From an uncultured Nitrososphaerota archaeon (GTDB lineage Archaea > Korarchaeota > Korarchaeia > Korarchaeales > Korarchaeaceae), in contig CAZUBM010000001.1 of the NCBI GenBank assembly GCA_964618805.1, positions 64,001 through 128,000 of the forward strand: a DNA stretch of 64,000 bases, written 5' to 3'. Below are positions 19,075-29,004 of this stretch, piece by piece; the first letter of the stretch is position 1, and every line of letters begins with the position of its first letter. The position numbers and the translations under genes were made by a program. Under the pieces are notes generated by a model. That model ran no database searches. It had not been told where the DNA came from and was given only the letters and a program-made list of their open reading frames with translations.

Positions 19075-20532
19075 ATGGAACTAAGATTCTTAGGAGGAGC
19101 AAAGGAAGTAGGAAGGTCCTGTATTCTGCTTCGTACCGATGAAACCTCTATTCTTCTTGATTGCGGTTTAAAAAGCACAAAACCAACGGAATACCCTATT
19201 TTCGATGATTTGCCTCCTATAGACGCAGTAATATGGTCTCATGCTCACATTGATCATATTGGAGCAACCCCACTCCTTTTCTCAAAGAATCTAGTGTCTG
19301 ACAACTTCATAGGAATTTTTGCTACGCCCCCAACTTTAGCATTGGCGTCGATCTTGCTTCCAGACTCCTACACTCTAGCATTAAGACAGTGGCATGAATT
19401 AGGAATGGAAGAGCTTTATCAACACAAAGACATATCTAGAACACTAGCTTCCGTCAAAACAATTAATCTGCACAGGAATTTTAAGGTAAGAGATGTCGAA
19501 ATCGAGTTTTATGAGGCTGGCCACATTCTTGGTAGCTGTATAGTTGCCATAACTCTGCATGGAAGAAAACTGGTCTATACTGGAAACCTAGGAGCCAAAG
19601 GAAGAGCAGAACACCTTAATCCTCCAGAAGCGGTAGAAGGAACAGATATTTTGCTTTTAGAATCGACCTACGGCCTCCTTCTCCAACATCCAAGTCTCAA
19701 GGAGGCAAAAAGGAAGTTGCTATCTTCGATAACTGAGACCATTAAGAAAGGTGGAAAAGTTTTGATTCCATCTTTCTCTGTAGGAAGAGGCCAAAAGATC
19801 ATGAGAATGCTCAGAAAGGCCAATCTAGGTTGTAAGGTGTACTATGATGGCCTTCTTAAGGATGCAACATGGTTTTACTGGAGATTTACCTCCTACTTAA
19901 GCGATTCTTTGATAAGAGAGGTCTGCCTGACTAGGTCAAATCCTTTCGTAGATGGAATAGAGCCAATAAGTGACATGAAGACGAGGAGGAAGATAGTTAA
20001 GATCAAGGAACCCTGCATTATACTTGCGCCGAGCGGGATGCTTGAGGGAGGGTGGTCTCCCTACTACCTCAAGGAACTGGCTGATGATGAGAAGAACAAA
20101 GTTATACTGGTAGGCCACCAAGGAGAGGGAACCGTTGGTGATAAGCTTTCAAAAGGAGAAAGGAAAGTGAAGCTCTATGTACCAACCGAGAGCTTTGATT
20201 GGATCAAGGAAGAAGTCGAGATCAAGTGCGATGTAGATCTGATAGAAGGATTTAGCGGTCACGGAGCTGCAAATGATCTCAGACTATATGCTCGCTCAGT
20301 AAGACCGGAAACCATTATACTTCATCATGGAGACACTAAAGCCATAGAAAATTTGAGGAATATACTCAGAAAGGACCCATATCTCACCAATAGCTCTATT
20401 TTAACCCTTGATCTGGGCGAAAGCTATAACTTTGAACCTAAAAGGGAAATTTTGAAAGAAGAGGCCTTAAAGGAGATTTTATCTAGATTAGAGGATCTTG
20501 AGAGGAGAATAGGGAGATTAGAGGGCAAATAA
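19075..20532 (+). CDS. MBL-fold beta-CASP ribonuclease without KH domains (aCPSF2-like)
   Basis: LGGAKEVGRS, LDCG, SHAHIDH, AGHILGS, ESTYG, SGMLEGG, FSGH, HGD. Confidence 0.88.
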   Translation: MELRFLGGAKEVGRSCILLRTDETSILLDCGLKSTKPTEYPIFDDLPPIDAVIWSHAHIDHIGATPLLFSKNLVSDNFIGIFATPPTLALASILLPDSYTLALRQWHELGMEELYQHKDISRTLASVKTINLHRNFKVRDVEIEFYEAGHILGSCIVAITLHGRKLVYTGNLGAKGRAEHLNPPEAVEGTDILLLESTYGLLLQHPSLKEAKRKLLSSITETIKKGGKVLIPSFSVGRGQKIMRMLRKANLGCKVYYDGLLKDATWFYWRFTSYLSDSLIREVCLTRSNPFVDGIEPISDMKTRRKIVKIKEPCIILAPSGMLEGGWSPYYLKELADDEKNKVILVGHQGEGTVGDKLSKGERKVKLYVPTESFDWIKEEVEIKCDVDLIEGFSGHGAANDLRLYARSVRPETIILHHGDTKAIENLRNILRKDPYLTNSSILTLDLGESYNFEPKREILKEEALKEILSRLEDLERRIGRLEGK

Positions 20533-20677
20533 TTTGCTTTGATGGATGCCTAAATACTAAATATAGGGAGCCAGAATCCTTAAGGACTAGCGGCATTTAT
20601 AACGGATCTTGTGTTAATTGGCCAAGCCTTTAGAGTGATCATGATCTGATGCTAAAAACATTGGATATGGTGATCAT

Positions 20678-21080
20678 ATGTCTTCAGCCGAAATATTTCT
20701 AGAAAATGTAAAGATTTCGACTGTAGAGAGAGTGATAAAGGAAGTTCTTCCAAGAATTGGTTTAACTATTGTAAGGGAAGAGCACTTACCTACGGGCTTT
20801 TCAATTTTGGCTATAGAGGGAAAAAGGATTCCTCTTTGGGCTATTAGCATAATCTCTCTTTAGTCCAGTTGTATTAAGGAACCGTGTGGGAGTTATTATA
20901 AATGCTGTTAAAATTGGTGATGAAAAATCTCTATTTCGATAAATATTAAGTACTACATGGCAGAATTAGATTTAGAGACTCCTAAAGTCGATAAGATGAA
21001 TTATTTGAGGATAAATCGTCTACTTAACTTTCTAAGATCGACTATTAGTGAGATATCTGAGAAAGAGGAGGTAGATTAAA
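20678..21080 (+). pseudogene. Probable disrupted hypothetical gene
   Basis: A 61-aa ORF with a GGTGA RBS stops at 20863, but coding-like text (RVGVIINAVKIG; KYYMAELDLETPKVD) continues in shifted frames. Confidence 0.4.
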
Positions 21081-21382
21081 GTAAAGCAGAATTGATAACT
21101 TAAGATAGGGGATAGCAAATCAGATTTAACAGAAAGAACTTTTAACGGTATAAGCAAGATAAATGCATTAAGAATCTTAAATGACATAATATCCTCCTCT
21201 AGCACCTATTCTATAAATTCTAGCTTCTTCCCCTAATTTTCCTTACCACAAAGATATCTCGGGTGAAAACTACCTCCGTCTCTCTAACAGATCATAGAAC
21301 CTCTTTTTTCCTAAAGCTTAAGTCATAACCGGCCTTTATTTAGTAGCTAATAATTAAGTTTTTATAGAAATTAATTGAGATC

Positions 21383-22117
21383 TTAGCTCATATCTAACTT
21401 GAAAAGGCGTTTTGAGTTCTCCATAGAGGCTCTCTCAACATCCTTTGCTTTTATCCCTTTAACTTTCGCTATTCTCTCTGCGATAAGGGGAATCCAGGTG
21501 GGATCAACAGCCCTCCCTCTAAAAGGAACTGGAGAATCAGTTTCTAAAAGAATTCTTTCGAGAGGGACCTTTATTATCATCTTTTCATAGGTTTGACCTA
21601 GAGAAAATGGTCCAAAACTCAGAAACCAACCATTTTCCAAAGATCTCTCTACCAGATCCACTGATCCACTAAACCAATGTAAAACCACTTTCTTAGCGCC
21701 TAACGTTTCTAATATCTCAATTACGGGCTTGTGTGCATATCTAGAATGCACTATTACCGGTAAATCCCTTTCTATGGCCATTTGAATCTGTCTTTCGAAT
21801 ACTTGCTTCTGTAACTCCTTTGCAGAACTATTTCTAGCATATTTGTAGTCTAACCCGATCTCTCCGACGGCAACTGCCTTGTCTAGGTCTAGAAAACTTT
21901 CTATCTTGGGCAAATCCAATTTTCTTTCAGCAAACTGGGGATGAAGGCCAAAAGCCCCGTACACTCTATCATCCTTAAGGAGTTCGGCGTTCTTCTTGCA
22001 GGATTCAAGGTCTTCGGAATTCGTGATGACGTACTTGACTCCAAGTTTTTCAGCTTCATCCAGCAGCCTCTTAATGTCCTTTAACAGATAGAGATGGCAG
22101 TGAACGTCGATGAACAA
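21383..22117 (-). CDS. tatD: TatD-family DNase
   Basis: DVHCHL, GLHP, AVGEIGLDY, VHSR, LHWF, LLETDSP. Confidence 0.93.
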   Translation of the reverse strand: MFIDVHCHLYLLKDIKRLLDEAEKLGVKYVITNSEDLESCKKNAELLKDDRVYGAFGLHPQFAERKLDLPKIESFLDLDKAVAVGEIGLDYKYARNSSAKELQKQVFERQIQMAIERDLPVIVHSRYAHKPVIEILETLGAKKVVLHWFSGSVDLVERSLENGWFLSFGPFSLGQTYEKMIIKVPLERILLETDSPVPFRGRAVDPTWIPLIAERIAKVKGIKAKDVERASMENSKRLFKLDMS

Positions 22118-22138
22118 GCAATAACTCCCCCAAGAACT

Positions 22139-22669
22139 TCAATTTCCCTCAAAAACTATTTTAAAGATCTCTTCTAAGATAACATCTCTGTTTTTATATG
22201 TAATCTCAAAGAGAAGGACATCCTCTCTATCTAGAATTTCCTTTACGAAAGGATTCCTAAGAAACCTACCAACTGTTGCGACAACTGGTTTCTCTGAGTC
22301 AAGAGCTTCGATGACCGCTTGCTTGAATTCCTCAGAGAAAAGTTCCATCTTCCCTATTTCATCAATTATTATGAGATCGGATTCATTTACGGCCCTTTTG
22401 ATGGCTCCAGCTCCTACCCGGTTTAAGTCCTCTAGATTCACCCCATACTTTGAAACCATAGGTCCTCTGATATCAACTCTAGCTAAGATTCCCTCCTCTC
22501 CAGTTGCTATATCCACAAGCTTAAACCCAAGTCTTTTACCGCTAACCCTTATTTCAGGAGTTAATAGCCCTCCAACCTTCAGTCCCATGTTTTTTGCCCG
22601 CTTCATTAATTGAGAGACCAATGTGGACTTACCCACGCCTGGTCTACCGGTTATCAGCACATTCTTCAT
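22139..22669 (-). CDS. THEP1-type nucleoside triphosphatase
   Basis: ITGRPGVGKST, VGG..T.EIR, IIIDEIGKMEL. Confidence 0.92.
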   Translation of the reverse strand: MKNVLITGRPGVGKSTLVSQLMKRAKNMGLKVGGLLTPEIRVSGKRLGFKLVDIATGEEGILARVDIRGPMVSKYGVNLEDLNRVGAGAIKRAVNESDLIIIDEIGKMELFSEEFKQAVIEALDSEKPVVATVGRFLRNPFVKEILDREDVLLFEITYKNRDVILEEIFKIVFEGN

Positions 22670-22744
22670 TTAGAACACCATGGGTTCGCTACATCTTTCA
22701 AATAACATTATATAATCTATTTTGGATGGACTGATTGGCAAGGG

Positions 22745-23488
22745 ATGGGGAGATTGCAAGCAAGCAGGCTAGATAAAAAGGAGACTTTCCTAATACTTGC
22801 GTTGTTGCTGCTAATTATCTGTATCTATGCTATTTTTCACTTCTTAAGAGGTTCAATGGCCATAGAATCAGTTAACTTTATCGAGTACAGCGATCCTGAG
22901 ATGAAGGCAAATATAACATCAGTTGGCTCAGGATACTATGCCCTGATATCAAAAAGAGGAAAGAACTTTAGGATCGGCATCTTGAACGAAAGCATGCTAA
23001 CTGAACTTCTATCAATGGTAAACTCAGTTCTAAAAGAAGCTGAGCCAATTAAACTGGAAGATTTCAATTCCACCAAAGCTAACCTCACAATGCATTATAA
23101 ACAGAGGTCAAAGGCATTTAGAGGTGAGAATCTAACCTTAATTAATGATCTCATAGTAGAAATGTACGTATTCCCCAACACCACCCTAATTCAAATAGAA
23201 GCTCCAAAAAAGACAATGTACTTTAGATCACCTTCATTAGATCTAAGAGAATTTTTCGGAAAGCTTTACAATTGGTCAGAATATCACACGATTAGGATAT
23301 TGAATCTAACTTGGATAAAACTGCAAGAAAAGGGAAAGCTTCCATACAAGTACAAGATAGGTTCTATATGGATCAATCAGAGTTCAGATAAGCCAATAGT
23401 TATTACAATGATCTGGCAAGGATGTCCTTGTAAATTTAATCCACCAGAAACTTTCCAATTCTCCTTGGCCGGAGTGTTAGGAGGGTAA
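22745..23488 (+). CDS. Hypothetical membrane-anchored extracellular protein
   Basis: N-terminal TM, several N-x-S/T sequons, C-terminal GCPC. Confidence 0.65.
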   Translation: MGRLQASRLDKKETFLILALLLLIICIYAIFHFLRGSMAIESVNFIEYSDPEMKANITSVGSGYYALISKRGKNFRIGILNESMLTELLSMVNSVLKEAEPIKLEDFNSTKANLTMHYKQRSKAFRGENLTLINDLIVEMYVFPNTTLIQIEAPKKTMYFRSPSLDLREFFGKLYNWSEYHTIRILNLTWIKLQEKGKLPYKYKIGSIWINQSSDKPIVITMIWQGCPCKFNPPETFQFSLAGVLGG

Positions 23489-23668
23489 GTGATATCGTTG
23501 AAGAAGAAAATTCAAATTTGCCCAATATGTGGGAGTCCAAAGATAAGAAAACTGAGTAAATTCTCCGGCTGGCTTACCCCTGAAATTTGGGTCTGTCCCG
23601 AATGTGGATATAAGGGCCCTGTGTATGCTGAGAAAGAGATTGAGGTAGGAGAAGAAAAGAAGAAATAA
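23489..23668 (+). CDS. Small CPxCG zinc-ribbon protein (59 aa, below the ORF-track cutoff)
   Basis: GTG immediately after the upstream TAA; MISLKKKIQICPICGSPKIRKLSKFSGWLTPEIWVCPECGYKGPVYAEKEIEVGEEKKK. Confidence 0.8.
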   Translation: MISLKKKIQICPICGSPKIRKLSKFSGWLTPEIWVCPECGYKGPVYAEKEIEVGEEKKK

Positions 23669-23750
23669 CCATCACCTTTCAATCCATTGAGATCTTGGCC
23701 CTTTTGAAGATGAAAATCGCGGAAGGGACTTATGAGGTGGAGCAAGTCTC

Positions 23751-24767
23751 TCATATGAGCTTCAAACTTTGACCTCTAGGATCGCTGCCATAGCTTGGAA
23801 CTAGAAGATCGAGAATGTCTAAACATGAACGGGCAACCTCTCTCATTGTGGATCCCAGATGCTGTAGAAATCTTGCTTCTTCCAAGGGTTTAGAGAAAGA
23901 ACTTTTCTCTAATTCAGATAAGAAAGATTTCATTTCGGAAGTGACCTTCCTGACGTCTATACTCATCTTAGGTTTCTGCTCAAGGAAGGAGATCATGGTT
24001 TCCTCTTGCAGCTTTTCTAATCTCTCAGCGGCCTCTAATATTAGATTCCTTTCGCTTTCAACTCTTGGAGCGCCAAGATTCAACCAGCTTGTTGATATAT
24101 CAGCAGCCTTATCTCCGATGCCTTCGATGAGCATACCAGCTACCCTATAATCTAACAAATCTATTAGATGTAGTCCATACTGTACTGCAAATTCTGGTTC
24201 CTGTATCGCTTTTCTCACACTCCTTACTAGAAGAAAGTATGTCCTGTCTATCTCATCATCTCTAGCAATGACCAATTGGGCTAGCTTCTTATCAGCACCC
24301 AGTATCGACTGAATAGAGTCGTGAACCATTCCCTTAGATATCTTAAACATTCTTTCAAGCAATTTCTTTGGGCTTATTGCCGAGGGGTTCAATATACATT
24401 GAAGAGATATCTCAGAAGAACTCTCTTCGACTATTTCTATCCCAGGAAGTTTTTCAAGCACAGATTTTAGGTCATTTCTCATCTTAGGATCTATCCTACC
24501 CTTGCTTTTTACCCTTATGAGATCAAATCCTCTGAGATAACTCCCTACAAGTTCCCCTAGGGACCTAATGGGATCATTAAGATCTAATACTATGGTTTGC
24601 TCTGGCTGTGGCCTCTTTGCTGGAGGATATATTATCAAGGTATCAGCAATTCCCTCCGCTATGCTTACAAGACTTCCTTTCTCCAAACCAACCTTTTTCG
24701 CCCAACTTTTCGGTAGTGAAACTATAAAAGAGCCGCCACCTACTTGTTGCACCCTCCTAGATCTCAT
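23751..24767 (-). CDS. AbrB/PhoU-domain phosphate uptake regulator
   Basis: RRVQQVGGGSFIVSLPKSW, YLRGFD, RDDEIDR.YFL, IEGIGDKA. Confidence 0.88.
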   Translation of the reverse strand: MRSRRVQQVGGGSFIVSLPKSWAKKVGLEKGSLVSIAEGIADTLIIYPPAKRPQPEQTIVLDLNDPIRSLGELVGSYLRGFDLIRVKSKGRIDPKMRNDLKSVLEKLPGIEIVEESSSEISLQCILNPSAISPKKLLERMFKISKGMVHDSIQSILGADKKLAQLVIARDDEIDRTYFLLVRSVRKAIQEPEFAVQYGLHLIDLLDYRVAGMLIEGIGDKAADISTSWLNLGAPRVESERNLILEAAERLEKLQEETMISFLEQKPKMSIDVRKVTSEMKSFLSELEKSSFSKPLEEARFLQHLGSTMREVARSCLDILDLLVPSYGSDPRGQSLKLI

Positions 24768-24870
24768 GGTCCATCTTATCTATAGAGATCATGACTGATA
24801 TATAGAGATATTGTGGAATTGTAAATAAAGATTATAAAAGGAGCCATCCTTATGACGACGCGGGATTTAC

Positions 24871-25593
24871 ATGAGGAACAGAATGTACGAGGCGGCCTAC
24901 ATAGCTGTAAATGGAACCCTTTATGCCTTGATTGGCTATTTAACCTATCTTGGTATATTCGCTCCAGCAATAGGGGTTGTGAGGTTCTGGCCTTCGGTAG
25001 CGATACCAGCGCTCTTTTCTTATCTCTTCGGACCTTTAGTTGGGGGAGCTGGAGCTGCCATTGGCATATTCATATCAGACATGCTCATTCATGGCAATGC
25101 CCTTCTAAGCCTTACAGTAGGTGTTCCATCTAATTTCATAGCTTTCTATATCTTAGGCATGCTTTCTCGCATGGAGAGCAAGAAAAGCTTGTTTTATGGA
25201 GCTTTACTTCAGCTAATTCCTGTTGTATCAACTCTGGCTTTATACTGTACAGAACGACTTGACAAGTTCATTGTACTCATCTTTGTCTCAGTTTGTCTTT
25301 TCTCCATGGCTATTTCCCTAATTCTCTCTGCATTAAAGCCTAACTTGAGGAGCTTCTTTGCGGCAGCATCGGCTGCATTGATAATAGGCAGTGCCATAAT
25401 AGGGGTAGGAGTTTGGGCCTTTAGCCAGTTCTTCATCTTACCCAGTGGAGAGAAAAGCCTTCCAGCGATAGCGGCACTCATATGGTTTGTCTGGACCTAT
25501 GCAACGGAAATACCCTTCCTGCTTTTCCTAACTCCTCCTCTAATAGCTGCTGTTGGAACTGCTTTGGGAATGAGAGATTTATTTAAAGGGTAA
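24871..25593 (+). CDS. ECF transporter S-component
   Basis: GVVRFWP...LFGPLVGGAGAAIGIFISD; about 7 TMs. Confidence 0.8.
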   Translation: MRNRMYEAAYIAVNGTLYALIGYLTYLGIFAPAIGVVRFWPSVAIPALFSYLFGPLVGGAGAAIGIFISDMLIHGNALLSLTVGVPSNFIAFYILGMLSRMESKKSLFYGALLQLIPVVSTLALYCTERLDKFIVLIFVSVCLFSMAISLILSALKPNLRSFFAAASAALIIGSAIIGVGVWAFSQFFILPSGEKSLPAIAALIWFVWTYATEIPFLLFLTPPLIAAVGTALGMRDLFKG

Positions 25594-25608
25594 GGGAAGT
25601 GTCTGGAA

Positions 25609-26460
25609 ATGATAATAATAGGGCTTGACATAGGAGGATCCATGACAAAATCGATCCTCATAGAAAACGGGGAGATCAGAGGAACGGTACAAGTAACAGC
25701 CAGTGGACCTCTAGTCTCTGCAGCTGGAGCCATAGGAAAGATCACAGAAGAGTTGGGAGTCGAGCTTTCATCAATAGACTTGATATCCTGTACCGGTGGA
25801 GGATCAAGGAAGATAGGCTCATCCTTTTTAGGCCTGAAAACCGTTAAGGTAGATGAAATAGAAGCCATTGGATTAGGAGGGTTAACCCTCTCAGGACTTA
25901 GCGAGGCCGTAGTCTCTAGCATAGGAACGGGAACTGCGATAGTTTCGGTGAGAAGAAAGGGAAATAACGTCATAACTAGGCATTTAGGCGGAACAGGAGT
26001 TGGTGGAGGCACTCTTATAGGCCTTTCAAGGCTTATGCTTAACAGAAGCTCAATAAACGGGATTTTCGAATTGGCTAGAAAGGGAAGCTCCAGAAACGTT
26101 GATCTTACTATAATGGACATCGTAGGTGGTCCAATTGGTAGGCTTCCTCCTGATACAACAGCCTCAAACTTCGGAAATGTGGGAGATGGAACAAAACTGG
26201 AGGATATAGCTGCAGGTTTATTGAATATGGTAGGTCAAGTTATTGGAACAGTTACTTACTTCGCAGCAAAGGCAGAGGGACTTGAAGATAAGATAGTCTT
26301 CATAGGGAGCCTCCCCACAATTCAAGAATTTTCGGAAATACTTACATCTACCGTAAGCTTGCTTGGAGGTAACGCAAAGGTTCCGGAGATGGCCTGCTAT
26401 GCTACTGCATTAGGTGCAGCAATAAAGGCTAAGAAACAATTGAAGTCTCTTCTTGGATAA
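25609..26460 (+). CDS. coaW: Type II (CoaW/Fumble-like) pantothenate kinase
   Basis: GLDIGGSMTK, TGGGS, VDEIEAIGLG, SIGTGT, LGGTGVGGGT, VDL...DI, TASNFG, ALGA. Confidence 0.8.
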   Translation: MIIIGLDIGGSMTKSILIENGEIRGTVQVTASGPLVSAAGAIGKITEELGVELSSIDLISCTGGGSRKIGSSFLGLKTVKVDEIEAIGLGGLTLSGLSEAVVSSIGTGTAIVSVRRKGNNVITRHLGGTGVGGGTLIGLSRLMLNRSSINGIFELARKGSSRNVDLTIMDIVGGPIGRLPPDTTASNFGNVGDGTKLEDIAAGLLNMVGQVIGTVTYFAAKAEGLEDKIVFIGSLPTIQEFSEILTSTVSLLGGNAKVPEMACYATALGAAIKAKKQLKSLLG

Positions 26461-26475
26461 AAAGAAATAACTTTA

Positions 26476-27498
26476 TTGAGACGCAGCGATCAGTACCCTA
26501 GAAAAATGAGAGATGTCATAATCGTTGGCGCTGGAATAGCTGGATTATCTGCGGCCTTATATTGTAGTAGACAAAATTTACAAACACTTGTCATTGGTAA
26601 AGACTTGGGAGGACAAGTACTTCTCGTTTCTGAGATTCAGAACTACCCCGGAGTACCAAATACTTCTGGATTCAACTTGATCAAAAAGGTAGAAAGGCAA
26701 GCAAGATCATTTGGCGCTGAAATTATATTTGACGAAGTAGTGTCGCTAAAGAAGAACGAAAAGGGATACAAGATAGAGACTTCTTCTGGAAGGGAGTTCT
26801 CATCCTTAGCAGTGATCTTAGCCTTTGGCAAGACCCCTAGAGACCTAGGGGTTCCTGGTGAGGATAGACTGAAGGGAAAAGGTATCTCATACTGTACGAT
26901 ATGCGATGGACCTCTGTTTAAGGATAAAACTACTGCCTTAGTGGGCATAGGAGAGCATGGAGTCGAATCAGCAGACATGCTAAGCAAAATTACAAGCAAG
27001 CTTTACTGGATTTTTCCTTCCAAATCTCCTGGAGGAGATCCTTCGCTATTCAACAGCATAACTACTCGCCAAAATGTTGAGATCTTCCCAAACGCAAAGA
27101 TTCTTGAAGTTAGAGGAGAGAAAAGATTTGAATCCCTTTTGATTGAGGTTAACGGAGAAAAGAAGGAGATAAGAGCAGATGGCCTGTTCGTTGAAATGGG
27201 CTACGTGACGAAAACTGAGTTCCTAAAAGGAGTTGTAGAACTCAATGAGAAGGGGGAGATAAAGGTAGATAGAGCTTGTAGGACCTCTTCTGAAGGCATT
27301 TTTGCTGCAGGAGACGTCACGGATATACCCTACAAGCAAGCAGTGATCGCTGCCTCTATGGGAGCTATAGCAGCTCTCTCTGCCTATAACTACATTGCAA
27401 AGCTGAAGGGAAAGCGAGAAATAAGAGCAGACTGGCGCCATCTTGAGTTTGAAGGAAAAGAGGAAGAGTCAGGCCCCTTATTCTTTACACCGATATAG
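26476..27498 (+). CDS. trxB: Thioredoxin reductase-like flavoprotein
   Basis: IVGAGIAG, GGQ, NYPG, GISYCTICDG, GIFAAGD, KQAVIA. The NADPH-binding motif is atypical. Confidence 0.82.
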   Translation: MRRSDQYPRKMRDVIIVGAGIAGLSAALYCSRQNLQTLVIGKDLGGQVLLVSEIQNYPGVPNTSGFNLIKKVERQARSFGAEIIFDEVVSLKKNEKGYKIETSSGREFSSLAVILAFGKTPRDLGVPGEDRLKGKGISYCTICDGPLFKDKTTALVGIGEHGVESADMLSKITSKLYWIFPSKSPGGDPSLFNSITTRQNVEIFPNAKILEVRGEKRFESLLIEVNGEKKEIRADGLFVEMGYVTKTEFLKGVVELNEKGEIKVDRACRTSSEGIFAAGDVTDIPYKQAVIAASMGAIAALSAYNYIAKLKGKREIRADWRHLEFEGKEEESGPLFFTPI

Positions 27499-27711
27499 CG
27501 GTGTAAGGAGCTAGAAGCCTTTTTATCTCTTTTAGGGTCTGAATTATAAGAGCATCGAACAATAGGCAAAATTGAAAAATTAGACGTAGAACTCATTATG
27601 AGAATCCAATATTCTTGCCCTCAACCAATTAATAACATTAAAAAGCAATTTGACCTCACATCTGAAAAGTTGACATTTTTATCTAACAAAAGCCTCTGCC
27701 GATAGAGAAAG

Positions 27712-28875
27712 TTGCAGAGAATCGAAAGCCTCCTAGCACTTTACTTGGCAACATTCGTGCTAAGATTAGGCTTTGGACAAATTGCTCTACTCCTCCCTTG
27801 GAAGCTAACAGACCTAGGGGTTCCTATTCAGTCATTAGGATTCATCATTGCATCAAATTCTTTGGCAGAGATGTTAGCAGCTTTTCCTGCGGGCTTTTTA
27901 TCTGATAGATTTAAGAGAAAGCCCATAATAGTCGTTGGACTTGCTGGGGCCAGCGTATCATTTCTGCTATATGTTCTCGCTAATTCTGGGAAAATGCTGT
28001 TCTTCGCCCATGCCACTCTTGGGGTCTTTGAGGCCATGACGATATCTCCAGTACTTGCAGCAATTGTGGATAGAACAACTGTAGGAGAGAGAGGACAGGC
28101 AATGGGGCTTTATAACTCTGCTGTCACTGCTTCTTACATTCTAGGACCTGCTATTGCTGGAATAATCTCAGGAAAGTTGGGCAGGGACTTCCCCTTTTAC
28201 CTCTCAAGTCTAATGGCCTTAATATCCATGATCTTGCTGATCTTCTTTCTAAGAGAAGAAGAGATTCCAAAGATGAAGGCTAAGAATATTCTAAAAGAGT
28301 TCATTGGAGCTGTTAGGGACATAAGAACAGCCATCCTGTTGTTGGTTTGGGTTGGAGCATCCGCCATATTAGCCATAGGAGCTTCTTTCATCCCGGTTTA
28401 TTTGAAGGGAATAGGTTTCACGGAGTATCAAGCTGGCTATACTTTCGCGATTCTCGCTGCAATACTCGTGTTATCTTATGCGATATTTGGGAGGATCTCT
28501 GAAACAATAGGAAAAAGCAGGATGTCCCTATTCGGCCTAGCCATGGTGGGCATAGGAGTCTTCTTCATAGGACTCGGGAGGTCTGGGAGGTCTATGACCA
28601 TAGGCTCAGCTTTCATAGGAATAGGGGCTGGTTCATTTGCACCGGCAGCCATGGCTCTATTGGCTGATCTATCGCCAAGAAGCACTAGGGGCTCTCTTAT
28701 GGGAGCTTATGACATGTCCTTTGCTTTAGGAGGCTTTCTTGGACCCTCTTTTGCGGGATTAATTGTCAGCAGATTTGGATTCAGGTCTCTCTTCTGGTTT
28801 AGTTCTTTGATACTCCTCATCTGTATCGTTCCTTTCGCCATAATGTTGGGTGAAGATTCTAGGAGATCTCAGTGA
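27712..28875 (+). CDS. MFS transporter
   Basis: GFLSDRFKRK motif A, ERGQAMG, GPAIAG, 12 TMs. Confidence 0.9.
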   Translation: MQRIESLLALYLATFVLRLGFGQIALLLPWKLTDLGVPIQSLGFIIASNSLAEMLAAFPAGFLSDRFKRKPIIVVGLAGASVSFLLYVLANSGKMLFFAHATLGVFEAMTISPVLAAIVDRTTVGERGQAMGLYNSAVTASYILGPAIAGIISGKLGRDFPFYLSSLMALISMILLIFFLREEEIPKMKAKNILKEFIGAVRDIRTAILLLVWVGASAILAIGASFIPVYLKGIGFTEYQAGYTFAILAAILVLSYAIFGRISETIGKSRMSLFGLAMVGIGVFFIGLGRSGRSMTIGSAFIGIGAGSFAPAAMALLADLSPRSTRGSLMGAYDMSFALGGFLGPSFAGLIVSRFGFRSLFWFSSLILLICIVPFAIMLGEDSRRSQ

Positions 28876-29004
28876 GGGAGATAGAAGGATAAACTTATCA
28901 CAACCTGTAAAATGGCTATATCAGATAGATAACACCTAAACAGCACTTCTTGTGATTCTCAGAGTTGTATCTAACAGAGAAGAGATAATAAGGCTTCAGA
29001 GTTC

